45,555 bases of DNA from Candidatus Bipolaricaulota bacterium (GTDB lineage Bacteria > Bipolaricaulota > Bipolaricaulia > Bipolaricaulales > Bipolaricaulaceae), in contig JAJOKL010000004.1 of the NCBI GenBank assembly GCA_021129895.1, positions 1 through 45,555 of the forward strand, written 5' to 3'. Position numbers and translations under genes: made by a program. The notes under the pieces are model-generated. The model did no database searches and was not told the DNA's origin. It saw nothing but the letters and a program-made list of their open reading frames with translations. This document shows, in pieces, positions 36,453-44,903 of the stretch; the stretch's first letter is position 1; the number at the start of each line of letters is the position of its first letter.

Positions 36453-38297
36453 ATGAGGCGAAGAAGAAGGGTTCGGTGGAGCCGGTGGGCCCCGGCGCTG
36501 ATTTTCTATGCCCTCCTGGGCGGGGTATTCGGCGTCTGGGGGGGGAAGCTAGAGGTGGGGGCAAGCTTTCTTCTGGCCTCCGTCCCCCTGATGGTGGCCG
36601 CCTGGATGGTGGGGCGGTGGGGCGCGGCCCTGGGCCTGTGTGGAAGCCTGGGGCTGATCTTCCCGGCTCTCTTACGCCAACCGCCCGGGGTGGGGGCAGC
36701 GGCGGCCTTGCTCTTGGCCGGAGTTGCCCTGGTGGCCCTGGGGGCAGAGCATCTGTGGCGCCGGCGCGTTCATACCTCACGGGTGGCCCGCAAGGTCGAC
36801 GTGTGCTACGGGGAAGAGGTGTTCGAGAACTCCCTGAATATCGTCCACGTCATCGACCGAGAGGGGAACGTGATCCGCCGCAATCGGGCCTCCCGGGAGC
36901 TGTTGGGCTGGAACCATAAGAAGACCCTTCACCTCACCGAATATGTCCATCCCCAGGACATCGGGAAGTTCAAGGCGGAGCTGGAGCTCCTGTTCGAGCG
37001 GGGAGAGGTGCGGGGAGTGGAGCTGAGGTTCGTGTCCGAGGGGAAACGCTCCATCCCTGTGGAGCTGCAGGCCAAACGGGTCACGGGCAAGGTGGCGGTG
37101 CTGGAGGCGAGGGATCGGCTGGAGGTGGCGGCCTGGGAGAGGAAGCTGGCCGCCGAGCAGGCCCGGTACCGGTTCCTCATCGAGGAGGGCATCGACACCA
37201 TGGACCTGGGGGTGCTGCTGGTGGACCAGCAGGGGCAGGTCCTGTGGGCCAACCGGGCGGTGGAAGAGTTCTTCGGGGTCGCCCGGGATGACCTCATCGG
37301 CCGGGCTGCCACCCGGGCCCTCCAGATGTTCACTCACGTGTTTGAGCACCCACAGGAGTTTTGGGCCACCGTGCGCGAGGCCTATCAACAGGGCACCGAG
37401 GTGGAAGGGCTCATCCTGCGGGTGCTGCCAGGCCTGGGACGGGAGGAACGGGTGCTCCAGTACCGCTCCATCCCCATCCGCGCCGATGACGGTTCCCCCG
37501 GAGGGAGGATCGATTACTACGCCGATGTCACCGAACTCAAGAAGCTGGAAGCGGAGCTGCGGGCCCGCAACCGAGAGCTGACCGAAGTGAACGCCAAACT
37601 GGGGGAGTTCACCACCGTGGTGTCCCACGACCTGCGCAGCCCGCTCGTCACCGCCCTGGGGTTCATGTCCACCATCCTCTCCAACTACAACGGACAGCTC
37701 CCCAGCCAGGTTCGGGAGGACCTGGAGAAGATGCGGGGAAGGCTGGAGTACATGGACCGGTTGGTGGATGACCTCTCCCGTTACTCCTCCATCAAACCCC
37801 GAGCGGCGGACTTCGAGCGGGTGGACCTACGGCGGGTAGTGCGAGAACGGCTGGAGGACCTAGGCCCCATGCTACATGGGGTCAACCTCCGGGTGGCGGA
37901 GGACTTGCCGGTGGTGTGGGGGGTGCCCACCATGATCGGTGAGGTGTTCTCCAACCTGGTGCGCAACGCGATCAAGTTCAACGACAAGGCCTTACCGGAA
38001 GTGGAAATAGGATGGAGGGAAGGCGAAGGCGGCACTTACCTCTTGTTCGTTAGGGACAACGGTCCTGGTATCGAGGCCGAGTGGCAGGAGAAGATCTTTG
38101 GGCTGTTTGAGAAACTGGATCGTAACAGGGAAGGTACGGGGGCCGGGTTGGCGATTTGCAAGAGGATCGTGGAGGAACATGGAGGAAAGATCTGGGTGGA
38201 GTCGAAGGTTGGAAGCGGGAGCACCTTCTACTTCAGCTTGCCCAAGGTACCCGTGAAAAAAAGGGGTGGAACAGCATGCCCAATGAACGCCGAATGA
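36453..38297 (+). CDS. Membrane-anchored PAS-domain sensor histidine kinase
   Basis: N-terminal TM helices and two PAS-like segments. H-box FTTVVSHDLRSPL, N-box NLVRNAIKFN, G-boxes DNGPGI and GTGAGLAICKRIVEEHGG. Confidence 0.9.
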   Translation: MRRRRRVRWSRWAPALIFYALLGGVFGVWGGKLEVGASFLLASVPLMVAAWMVGRWGAALGLCGSLGLIFPALLRQPPGVGAAAALLLAGVALVALGAEHLWRRRVHTSRVARKVDVCYGEEVFENSLNIVHVIDREGNVIRRNRASRELLGWNHKKTLHLTEYVHPQDIGKFKAELELLFERGEVRGVELRFVSEGKRSIPVELQAKRVTGKVAVLEARDRLEVAAWERKLAAEQARYRFLIEEGIDTMDLGVLLVDQQGQVLWANRAVEEFFGVARDDLIGRAATRALQMFTHVFEHPQEFWATVREAYQQGTEVEGLILRVLPGLGREERVLQYRSIPIRADDGSPGGRIDYYADVTELKKLEAELRARNRELTEVNAKLGEFTTVVSHDLRSPLVTALGFMSTILSNYNGQLPSQVREDLEKMRGRLEYMDRLVDDLSRYSSIKPRAADFERVDLRRVVRERLEDLGPMLHGVNLRVAEDLPVVWGVPTMIGEVFSNLVRNAIKFNDKALPEVEIGWREGEGGTYLLFVRDNGPGIEAEWQEKIFGLFEKLDRNREGTGAGLAICKRIVEEHGGKIWVESKVGSGSTFYFSLPKVPVKKRGGTACPMNAE

Positions 38298-38719
38298 TCA
38301 TCCTGGTGGTGGAGGACGAAGATCTCCACTACGAGCTCATCGAACGGTCGGTGAAGCAGGTGGAGAAGGAGACGAAGGCCCGTTACGAGCTCTTCCGAGC
38401 CATTGACGGCGCTGAGGCACTGGAGTTCCTGTTCCGCAAGGGGAAATACGCCGATGCCCCACGGCCCAACTTGATCCTCCTTGATCTGCGGTTGCCGAAG
38501 GTGGGGGGGATGGAAGTGCTGGCCAAGATCAAGGAGGACGAGCGCCTGCGGAAGATCCCGGTGGTGGTGCTCACCGTCTCCACCAACGAGGAGGAGATGG
38601 TGCGGGCCTACGATTCCGGGGCGGCTGGTTTCCTGACCAAGCCGGCCAAGCCCGAGGACTTCGAGCGGCTTCTCACCACCGTTTGGGAGTATTGGCGCAT
38701 CGCCCGCCTGCCTGAATAG
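38276..38719 (+). CDS. Stand-alone receiver-domain response regulator (no output domain)
   Basis: ILVVEDEDLHYEL, phospho-acceptor LILLDLRLPKVGG, VVVLTVS, FLTKPAK. The product is about 147 aa. It overlaps the kinase stop. The start is ATG 38276 or 38294. Confidence 0.85.
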   Translation: MPNERRMIILVVEDEDLHYELIERSVKQVEKETKARYELFRAIDGAEALEFLFRKGKYADAPRPNLILLDLRLPKVGGMEVLAKIKEDERLRKIPVVVLTVSTNEEEMVRAYDSGAAGFLTKPAKPEDFERLLTTVWEYWRIARLPE

Positions 38720-38818
38720 GCCCCCTGTCCCCTTCCGGGCCGACAAATCACCCCCCGCAGGGTGCCGCACGTCCTGTAACCCCCACCCCGGCAGGAGTGT
38801 ATTTTAAGTGAGAGATGG

Positions 38819-38953
38819 CCACGTGCCCAATGGCGTGGTGCCGACCGAGAGGGGTTTCCGACCCCCCGGACCGGGGCCTGAGGGGATGAAGACGTGGGAC
38901 CGCCCGGTTGCCCCGGTCCGTGAGGTTGCCGTTCGAATCGGCGGGGCACGTGG
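38819..38953. other. Block of nested perfect inverted repeats (candidate structured ncRNA or palindromic DNA element) between convergent genes
   Basis: CCACGTGCCC (38819-38828) pairs with GGGCACGTGG (38944-38953). GCCGA (38840-38844) pairs with TCGGC (38938-38942). CGGACCGGGGC (38867-38877) pairs with GCCCCGGTCCG (38910-38920). A further hairpin GGCTCCC/GGGAGCC lies at about 38974-38999. No credible ORF covers the region. Confidence 0.4.
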
Positions 38954-39006
38954 GAAACTGGGCCCACTTTTATGGCTCCCTTTCCCGCCCGGGGAGCCTC
39001 GGTTCC

Positions 39007-39046
39007 GCGAGGGAGGGACGAAGTGTCCCTCCCTCGCCCCATTTTT
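39007..39046 (+). terminator. Strong GC hairpin (13 bp) followed by a T5 run; candidate terminator in the convergent gap
   Basis: GCGAGGGAGGGAC-GAAGT-GTCCCTCCCTCGC at 39007-39037, then CCCA and TTTTT (39042-39046). There is no U-tract on the minus strand. The T-run overlaps the stop of the minus-strand gene. Confidence 0.45.
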
Positions 39047-39767
39047 ACCCCGGCTCCCGGTGCAGCAATCCGTCCAGGACGGCCTGTGCCGCTGCCCGGG
39101 CGGCTTCCTCCTCCTCGGGCGAAAGCCTCCGGTTGGCTAGCGCTAGGAGTTCTTCCAGCGCGGACAGGACCCCAGCCGGGGTCCAAGGGGGGGCGTTATC
39201 GCGGAGGAACACTGCCCACTCCTGCTGGATCCTCAGGTACATGGGGGAGGGGGACAGGAGCACGGTCTGAGCCAGGAAAGCGGTCTGAAACTCCCAGCCC
39301 TCGCCGGCGGCAGCCGCGGCGTCGGTGGCCGCCAGAAGAAGCGCGTCCAGTGCCTCTCGCCCTTTCCCGAGCGCGTCCATAAGCTCATCTAACCCTCCAG
39401 CCGGCAGCTCCTCCGCCTTCGGGCCCTTTTCCCCGAGAACGGCTGTCAGCCGGGAGAGGACGGTGGAGGCCGTCTGCAGGGCAAGGGAGGCCGGTCCCCC
39501 TTCGGGCAGGGCCTGGAACAGCTCCCCCAGTTCGCCAAGCCCTTGCCGCACTTCCGCGAGGCCAGCCAGGGCTGCCTCTACCGCCGGCGGTTCTCCCCCC
39601 CTCAATCGCCACAGGGCGAGGCGCTGCCTGTACAGTTCCACCGGAGCGTAGGAGGAAAGAAGAGAGGCTAGGTCCTGACCTGCCTCAGCCCACCCGCCGG
39701 CCAGCTCCCCCAGCCCCGGCAGCGTGAGGGCCAGGAGCACCAAGCTCACGGTCAAGCTCGCTTTCAT
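39045..39767 (-). CDS. Hypothetical secreted Ala/Leu-rich helical protein
   Basis: Signal peptide MKASLTVSLVLLALTLPGLG. I recognise no family. I prefer ATG 39767 over GTG 39773, because a TGgTACAAT extended -10 (39774-39782 on the minus strand) abuts the GTG. Confidence 0.6.
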   Translation of the reverse strand: MKASLTVSLVLLALTLPGLGELAGGWAEAGQDLASLLSSYAPVELYRQRLALWRLRGGEPPAVEAALAGLAEVRQGLGELGELFQALPEGGPASLALQTASTVLSRLTAVLGEKGPKAEELPAGGLDELMDALGKGREALDALLLAATDAAAAAGEGWEFQTAFLAQTVLLSPSPMYLRIQQEWAVFLRDNAPPWTPAGVLSALEELLALANRRLSPEEEEAARAAAQAVLDGLLHREPG

Positions 39768-39990
39768 GTGCACATTGTACCAAGGAGCGCAGAGGGACTA
39801 CCATAGCGAGTCCTACCGAAGAGGCCGACTTCACCAGCCGTCCGCCGGGGAGGCCTTGAACCCGAGGAGAGAACCGCGTAAGAATAATTGCCATGGGGAT
39901 CGAACGTGAGGAGGGCTGCCCGGCCCTCCAGTCGGTCTGCCCACTTCCCCAATTCAATTCCCGTTTGGCTGTCCTTGGGAGGCACTCGAC

Positions 39991-40951
39991 ATGAGGCTTG
40001 TTCACCATCCGATCTTGGAGTTCAAGCGCGGGAAGAGGATCACCTTCTCCTTCGACGGCAGGGAGATCGAAGCCTACGAGGGCGAGACCATCGCCGCGGC
40101 ACTGCACGCCGCCGGGGTTCGTGCCCTCTCCCACACCAAGCAGGGGAGCCCAAGGGGGCTCTTTTGTGCCATCGGGAAGTGCTCCTCCTGCTTGATGACG
40201 GTGGACGGTATCCCCAACGTGCGCGCCTGTGTGACCCCGGTGCGGGAGGGGATGGAGGTGTGCTCCCAAACCGGGCCTGGGGCGATCGATCCCGGCTTCC
40301 GTCCCCGCCACCGCGCCCCGGCGAAGCGGCGGGCCGTGGAAGTGGCCATCGTGGGGGCGGGGCCGGCCGGACTGTCCGCTGCCCACACCCTCCTGGAATG
40401 GGGGGTGCGTCCTTTGGTGGTGGACGAAAACCCGCACTTGGGTGGGCAGCTCATAAAGCAGACCCACAAGTTCTTCGGCTCCCGGGCCGAACGGGCCGGG
40501 ACCCGGGGGGTTTTCCATCGCCCAGGCCCTGGTGGAGGAAGTGAAGGGGAAGACAGAGGTCCTTAGGGAGGCCCGGGTGGTCGGGCTCTATCCAAGGGAT
40601 GGGGGGAGGATCCTCGTTGTCCAACATGGGGACGATTTGCACCTCGTCGAAGCCCAAGCACTGATCGTGGCCACCGGGGCCGAGGAACGGTTCCCCCCCT
40701 TCCCGGGGAACACCCTTCCCGGGGTGTACGGGGCCGGGGACTGCGCGGGGATCGGGGAGGCCTCCACGGCGATGCTGGAGGGGCGGCTTGCGGCCTTGGC
40801 CATTTTGGGCCAGCTGGGGAAAAAGATCGGTCAGGCCAGAGCGGGAACCCGGGCCAGTCTGGAGCGACTCCGGGCGGGGCCGTTCGGGACCCGGCCCCGC
40901 CAGGGCAAGGGAAAGCTCCGGGCCCTGCTGAAGGAGGTGGCCTGTGGCTAG
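39991..40951 (+). pseudogene. 2Fe-2S-binding / FAD-dependent pyridine-nucleotide-disulfide oxidoreductase fusion (HcnA-HcnB / OoxA / sarcosine-oxidase-alpha-like), frameshifted and lacking the central dinucleotide-binding domain
   Basis: The N-terminus ITFSFDGREIEAYEGETIAAALHAAGVRAL...GLFCAIGKCSSCLMTVDGIPNVRAC is of the 2Fe-2S type. VAIVGAGPAGLSAA...DENPHLGGQ is the FAD fold. After the G6/T4 run at 40505-40514 the sequence continues in the frame of ORF 40532..40951 (FSIAQALVEEVKGK...LIVATGAEERFPPFPGNTLPGVYGAGDCAGIGEASTAMLEGRLAA). The ATGA...PGV block runs directly into the C-terminal GD motif. Confidence 0.7.
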
Positions 40952-41426
40952 CTTCCGGGAGACCGGGGTGCTGTCTTCTCAGGACTTGGCGGGGAGGCTC
41001 CCATCCCCAGAACGACTGGGGCGGGGCCCCTGCGCCCTGATCGAGTGCGTGGAGGAGATCCCCTGCAACCCCTGTGAGGACGCGTGTCCGGTGGGGGCCA
41101 TCTCCGTGGGCGATCCCATCACCAACCCCCCTGTCCTGGACTTTGAGCGCTGCACCGGTTGCGGCACCTGCTTGGGGGTGTGTCCTGGGCTCGCCATCTT
41201 CCTCCTGGATCTCTCCAGTGGGACCGCCAAGGTGACCCTGCCTCATGAGCTCCTGCCCGTCCCCCAGCCGGGGGAGGAGGTGGAGCTCCTCTCCCGGGCG
41301 GGGGAGCCCTTGGGAAGAGGCACGGTGGTGCGAACGCGCAGGGCCGAGACCACTTGGCTCGTCACCGTGGAACTCCCGGGAGAGGGGCTTTTGTGGGAGG
41401 TCAGGGCAATAAGGAGGCCACTGTGA
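40944..41426 (+). CDS. 4Fe-4S ferredoxin-domain protein of the oxidoreductase cluster
   Basis: CNPCEDACPVGAI and CTGCGTCLGVCPGLAI are two CxxCxxCxxxCP-type motifs. The GTG at 40944 overlaps the upstream stop. Confidence 0.75.
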   Translation: MASFRETGVLSSQDLAGRLPSPERLGRGPCALIECVEEIPCNPCEDACPVGAISVGDPITNPPVLDFERCTGCGTCLGVCPGLAIFLLDLSSGTAKVTLPHELLPVPQPGEEVELLSRAGEPLGRGTVVRTRRAETTWLVTVELPGEGLLWEVRAIRRPL

Positions 41427-41737
41427 CCCGTCACGCATCACGCGTCACGCGTCACGTTCCCCAAGATGATCCCATCGTCTGCCGCTGCGAAGAGGTAACG
41501 GTATCGCAGGTGGAGGGGGCGATCGCCGAGGGCTACGACTCCCTAGAGGAGCTAAAGCGACACCTACGGGTGGGGATGGGGCCTTGCCAAGGGAGGACGT
41601 GCCTTCCGCTGGTCGCCCAAATTCTGGCCCGGAAGACCGGCCGACCTTTGGAACAGGTGTTCAGCGCCGTTTCTGTGCGGCCCCCGTTGGCCCCGGTGCC
41701 GGTGACCCTGTTCTTGGGAGGGGATGATGAAGGGTAG
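41423..41737 (+). CDS. BFD-like (2Fe-2S)-binding small subunit
   Basis: GTG 41423 lies 5 nt after AAGGAGG and overlaps the upstream stop (GTGA). IVCRCEEVTVSQVEGAI...GMGPCQGRTCLPLV is the BFD-like [2Fe-2S] pattern. Confidence 0.7.
   Translation: MTRHASRVTRHVPQDDPIVCRCEEVTVSQVEGAIAEGYDSLEELKRHLRVGMGPCQGRTCLPLVAQILARKTGRPLEQVFSAVSVRPPLAPVPVTLFLGGDDEG
41429..41456 (+). repeat. Four tandem heptanucleotide units (CGTCACG / CATCACG / CGTCACG / CGTCACG) at the 5' end of a coding region
   Basis: Read directly from the sequence: cgtcacg catcacg cgtcacg cgtcacg. It encodes RHASRVTRHV at codons 3-12 of the BFD-like gene. Confidence 0.8.
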
Positions 41738-42869
41738 CGCGGACGTGGTGATCATCGGGGCCGGGGTCACCGGGGCGGCTCTGGCCTACACCCTCGCCAA
41801 GCGGGGGCTGCGAGAGGTGGTGGTTTTGGAACGAAGGTTCCCCGGGGCGGGGGCTACCGGCCGCTGCGGCGGCGGGATCCGGCAACAGTTCACCACCGCC
41901 CCCAACATCCGCCTGGCCATGGGCTCAGTGCGGATCTACGAGCAGCTCTCCCAGGAGCTCGACTGGGACATCGAATACGTGCAGGGAGGCTACCTGATCC
42001 TGGCGGAAACGGAGGAGGAACTGGAGCTGCAGCGGCGGGCGGTGGCTCTCCAGAACGAGCTGGGCCTTCCCTCCCGCTGTCTTGCCCCGGAGGAGGTCCC
42101 GGAGATATTCCCCTTGTTCGACCCCACCACCATCGCCGGAGCCACCTTCTGTCCCACCGACGGCCACGCCAACCCGTTCCGGGTGGTGGAGGGATACCTG
42201 CGGGCAGCGAAACGGCTCGGGGTCACGCTGGAGAAGTTCACCGAGGTGACTGACCTGGTGGTGCGGGGAGATCGGGTAGCCGAGGTGGTGACGAGCCGCG
42301 GCCGGATCTCCCCCGGGGTGGTGGTGAACGCGGCCGGGGCTTGGTCGGGGGAGATCGCCCGCATGGCCGGGATAGAGCTCCCCAATCAGCCGGTCCGACA
42401 CGAGATCCTGATCACCGAGCCGGTGCAGCCGATCACCGAGGTGATGGTGATCTCCCTCCATACCGGCCTCTATTTTTCCCAGACCGTCCAGGGGCAGATC
42501 CTGGGCGGGATCGGGGATCCGGAGGAACGGCCGAGCTACCACTTGCATTCCAGTCTCCGGTTCCTGCGCCGGTTCCTGAGGGAGCTGGTCCGGCACGTGC
42601 CGGCGTTGGGACAGCTTACAGTGCTCCGGCAGTGGGCGGGCTTTTACGATGTAACCCCGGATGCCCAGCCGATTCTCGGGCCCACCCCTGGCCTCGCGAA
42701 CTTCATCCAGGCCAACGGCTACTCGGGCCACGGGTTCATGATCGCTCCCAAGGTGGCGGAGATTTTAGCGGACTACATCGAGCACGGGACGGTGTCCGCT
42801 GACCTGGCCCGCCTGTCCCTGGCCCGGTTCGAAGGGGAGGTGGAAGGGGAAGCGTTCGTGGTAGGCTGA
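41724..42869 (+). CDS. FAD-dependent oxidoreductase, DAO family (SoxB / HcnC / proline-dehydrogenase-beta-like)
   Basis: DVVIIGAGVTGAALAYTLAKRGLREVVVLE (GxGxxG), GATGRCGGGIR, and C-terminal GYSGHGFMIAP. The product is 381 aa. Confidence 0.9.
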   Translation: MMKGSADVVIIGAGVTGAALAYTLAKRGLREVVVLERRFPGAGATGRCGGGIRQQFTTAPNIRLAMGSVRIYEQLSQELDWDIEYVQGGYLILAETEEELELQRRAVALQNELGLPSRCLAPEEVPEIFPLFDPTTIAGATFCPTDGHANPFRVVEGYLRAAKRLGVTLEKFTEVTDLVVRGDRVAEVVTSRGRISPGVVVNAAGAWSGEIARMAGIELPNQPVRHEILITEPVQPITEVMVISLHTGLYFSQTVQGQILGGIGDPEERPSYHLHSSLRFLRRFLRELVRHVPALGQLTVLRQWAGFYDVTPDAQPILGPTPGLANFIQANGYSGHGFMIAPKVAEILADYIEHGTVSADLARLSLARFEGEVEGEAFVVG

Positions 42870-43201
42870 CCAGCGGGCTCTCGGATATTGCCCGTCCCTG
42901 GAAAGCCCGGTAAAATAAGTCTTGCTCTGGCCTTTCGTGGAGAGCACCCTAAATGCCAGCCCACATGTCCTACCAACCCGTTACCGAGGAGGTGATGGGA
43001 GATGGTGGATGTGATGGACTGGTACCTGCTAGAGCGGGGCGAGTGGGAGCTCCTGACGGAGACGGAGCAGGCCCGCCTCGCCCGCCAGGGGAACAGGGCG
43101 TTCCTGCCGTTGCTCGTGTGGCGGTGGGTCGCTGCCTGCCGGGGAGGCGGGCCTTGTTCACGCCCGGCCTTCCGGTGACGAAACCCGCCAAGGGGGCCTG
43201 C

Positions 43202-43774
43202 TTAAATCCCGGTCCCGGCGACATGTACCTCCTCAAGCTGGTGCAGCTGGGCAGTGCGCTCCGGTTTTAGAATCACCCGGGGAGCCCCCGGGAGCACGAT
43301 CGCCCCCGGAGGCACGTCCTCCCTCACCACCGCCCCGGCCCCGATCTTGGCCCCTTTCCCCACCCGGATCGGCCCCAGCAGGACCGCGTTGGCCCCGATG
43401 ATCACCCCGTCCTCGATGGTGGGGTGGCGCTTTCTCCTTTCCCGGGACACCCCGCCGATCACCACCCCGGAGTACATGTGCACATCGTCCCCGATCTCAG
43501 CCGTCTCCCCGATCACAATCCCCATGCCGTGGTCGATGGTCACCCGCCGGCCGATCCGGGCACCGGGGTGGATCTCCACCCCGGTGTGCCGGCGGACGAT
43601 GTGGGCGAGGAACCGGGCCAGAAGCCGCAACCCGTGTCGCCACAGCCAGTGGTTCAGCCGGTGTGCCCACAGGGCATGCATCCCCGGATAACAGAGGAGC
43701 ACCTCCAGGGGGTGGCGAGCGGCCGGGTCTCGCTCCAGGATCGCCCGGATGTCCTCTCGTATCCGCCGGATCAT
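43202..43774 (-). CDS. cysE: Serine O-acetyltransferase
   Basis: [30 protein letters not shown], then hexapeptide repeats ([41 protein letters not shown]). The ATG overlaps the cysK stop. Confidence 0.9.
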   Translation of the reverse strand: MIRRIREDIRAILERDPAARHPLEVLLCYPGMHALWAHRLNHWLWRHGLRLLARFLAHIVRRHTGVEIHPGARIGRRVTIDHGMGIVIGETAEIGDDVHMYSGVVIGGVSRERRKRHPTIEDGVIIGANAVLLGPIRVGKGAKIGAGAVVREDVPPGAIVLPGAPRVILKPERTAQLHQLEEVHVAGTGI

Positions 43775-44697
43775 TCGCTACCTCCGTAAAGACCGGTGGA
43801 CAGGTACCGCTCCCCGGTGTCCGGCAAGATCACCACCGAGGTCTTGCCGGCTGACTCGGCTCGGTGGGCCACCCGGAGGGCCGCGGCCACCGCCGCCCCG
43901 GAGGAGACCCCGGCCAGGATCCCCTCCTCCCGCGCCAAGCGCCGGGCCGTCTCCATGGCCTCCTCATCCGTTACCCCGATCACCTCGTCGATGAGGTCCC
44001 GCTCCAACACCTTGGGGACGAACCCGGCCCCGATGCCCTGGATCTTGTGAGCTCCGGGTTTCCCCCCGGAAAGGACCGGGGAGGCCGCTGGCTCCACCCC
44101 CACGATGTGGACCTTGGGGTTCCTCTGCTTGAGCACCCTACCGACCCCGGTGATGGTCCCACCGGTGCCGATCCCAGCCACGAAGATGTCCACCCTGCCC
44201 TCGGTGTCTCGCCAGATCTCCTGCGCTGTGGTTTCCTGGTGGATGGCTGGGTTGGCTGGGTTTTCGAACTGCTGGGGCATGAACGCGCCGTAACGGGCGG
44301 CCAACTCCTGGGCAGCCCGCACCGCCCCGGCCATCCCCTCTTCTCCCGGGGTGAGCACGATCTCCGCCCCCAGGGCGGTCAAGATCGCCCGCCGCTCGCG
44401 GGACATGGTCTCGGGCATGGTGAGGATAAGCCGATACCCCCGGATGGCACACACGAAGGCCAAGCCGATCCCGGTGTTGCCGGAGGTGGGCTCCACTACC
44501 ACCCCGCCGGGCGCAAGGACCCCCCGCTCCTCCGCCTCCCGGATCATGGCCCAGGCGATGCGGTCCTTCACGCTCCCCAGCGGATTTTGGGCCTCAAGCT
44601 TCCCCAGAATGACTGCCTGAGCCCCGTTGCCTATCCGGGACAGTCGCACCAGCGGCGTTTCTCCAATAATGTCAATTAAACTTTCAGCTATTCGCAT
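43771..44697 (-). CDS. cysK: Cysteine synthase A (O-acetylserine sulfhydrylase)
   Basis: IGETPLVRL, the PLP-lysine block [21 protein letters not shown] and [12 protein letters not shown]. The product is 308 aa. AAAGGAG SD precedes the ATG at 44697. Confidence 0.95.
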   Translation of the reverse strand: MRIAESLIDIIGETPLVRLSRIGNGAQAVILGKLEAQNPLGSVKDRIAWAMIREAEERGVLAPGGVVVEPTSGNTGIGLAFVCAIRGYRLILTMPETMSRERRAILTALGAEIVLTPGEEGMAGAVRAAQELAARYGAFMPQQFENPANPAIHQETTAQEIWRDTEGRVDIFVAGIGTGGTITGVGRVLKQRNPKVHIVGVEPAASPVLSGGKPGAHKIQGIGAGFVPKVLERDLIDEVIGVTDEEAMETARRLAREEGILAGVSSGAAVAAALRVAHRAESAGKTSVVILPDTGERYLSTGLYGGSE

Positions 44698-44897
44698 AAA
44701 TTAGCTCCTTTCATGGACGATTAGCACCTACGCCAACGCATACCCAGGCTGGCGTTCGGGTAGCTGGCAGATAAGCTAAGGGAGGATCAACAGCTACAGG
44801 GGGAGAAAGCGCCCTGAGGACAAAGGCGACCACCCGTGTTTAAGTCTCGCAACTTCACCATCGCTTTCACCCCCTTAAGGTTTGAGATAAAGCTCGA
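44698..44897 (-). promoter_or_regulatory. Structured about 200-nt 5' leader of cysK-cysE (candidate cis-regulatory RNA of unknown class)
   Basis: On the minus strand, AGGGGGTGAAAGCG (44875-44862) pairs with CGCTTTCTCCCCCT (44811-44798), 13 of 14 bp, enclosing 50 nt. A GTAGCTG/CAGCTAC hairpin follows (44797-44760), then an ACGCCA/TGGCGT hairpin (44755-44730), then the SD. Confidence 0.4.
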
Positions 44898-44903
44898 CGC
44901 GAA

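Noticed and set aside
38720-39044. Known ncRNA identity (SRP RNA, 6S, RNase P, tmRNA, TPP/cobalamin/ZTP riboswitch) for the nested-repeat region
   Set aside because: None of the diagnostic cores is present on either strand: the SRP GGAA-tetraloop domain IV, the RNase P GGAGGAAAGUCC block, the B12 box, or the TPP CUGAGA...ACCUGAUCUGGAUAAUGCCAGCG block. No downstream gene exists for a riboswitch.
42953-43270. 105-aa ORF, and a 58-codon ORF (43002-43178, MVDVMDWYLLERGEWELLTETEQARLARQGN...), in the convergent gap between the DAO-type gene and cysE
   Set aside because: The 105-aa ORF is Gly/Pro-rich and overlaps the cysE 3' end. The short ORF begins protein-like but ends in Cys/Arg/Gly-rich sequence, has only a weak RBS and matches no recognisable family. 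Support is insufficient to call a gene, though it could be a remnant.
44812-44861. Classical T-box riboswitch upstream of cysK
   Set aside because: Only a partial GGGUGGU core is present. I could not find the Stem I K-turn/AG bulge, a specifier internal loop, or a terminator/antiterminator alternative. The element is kept only as an unclassified structured leader.
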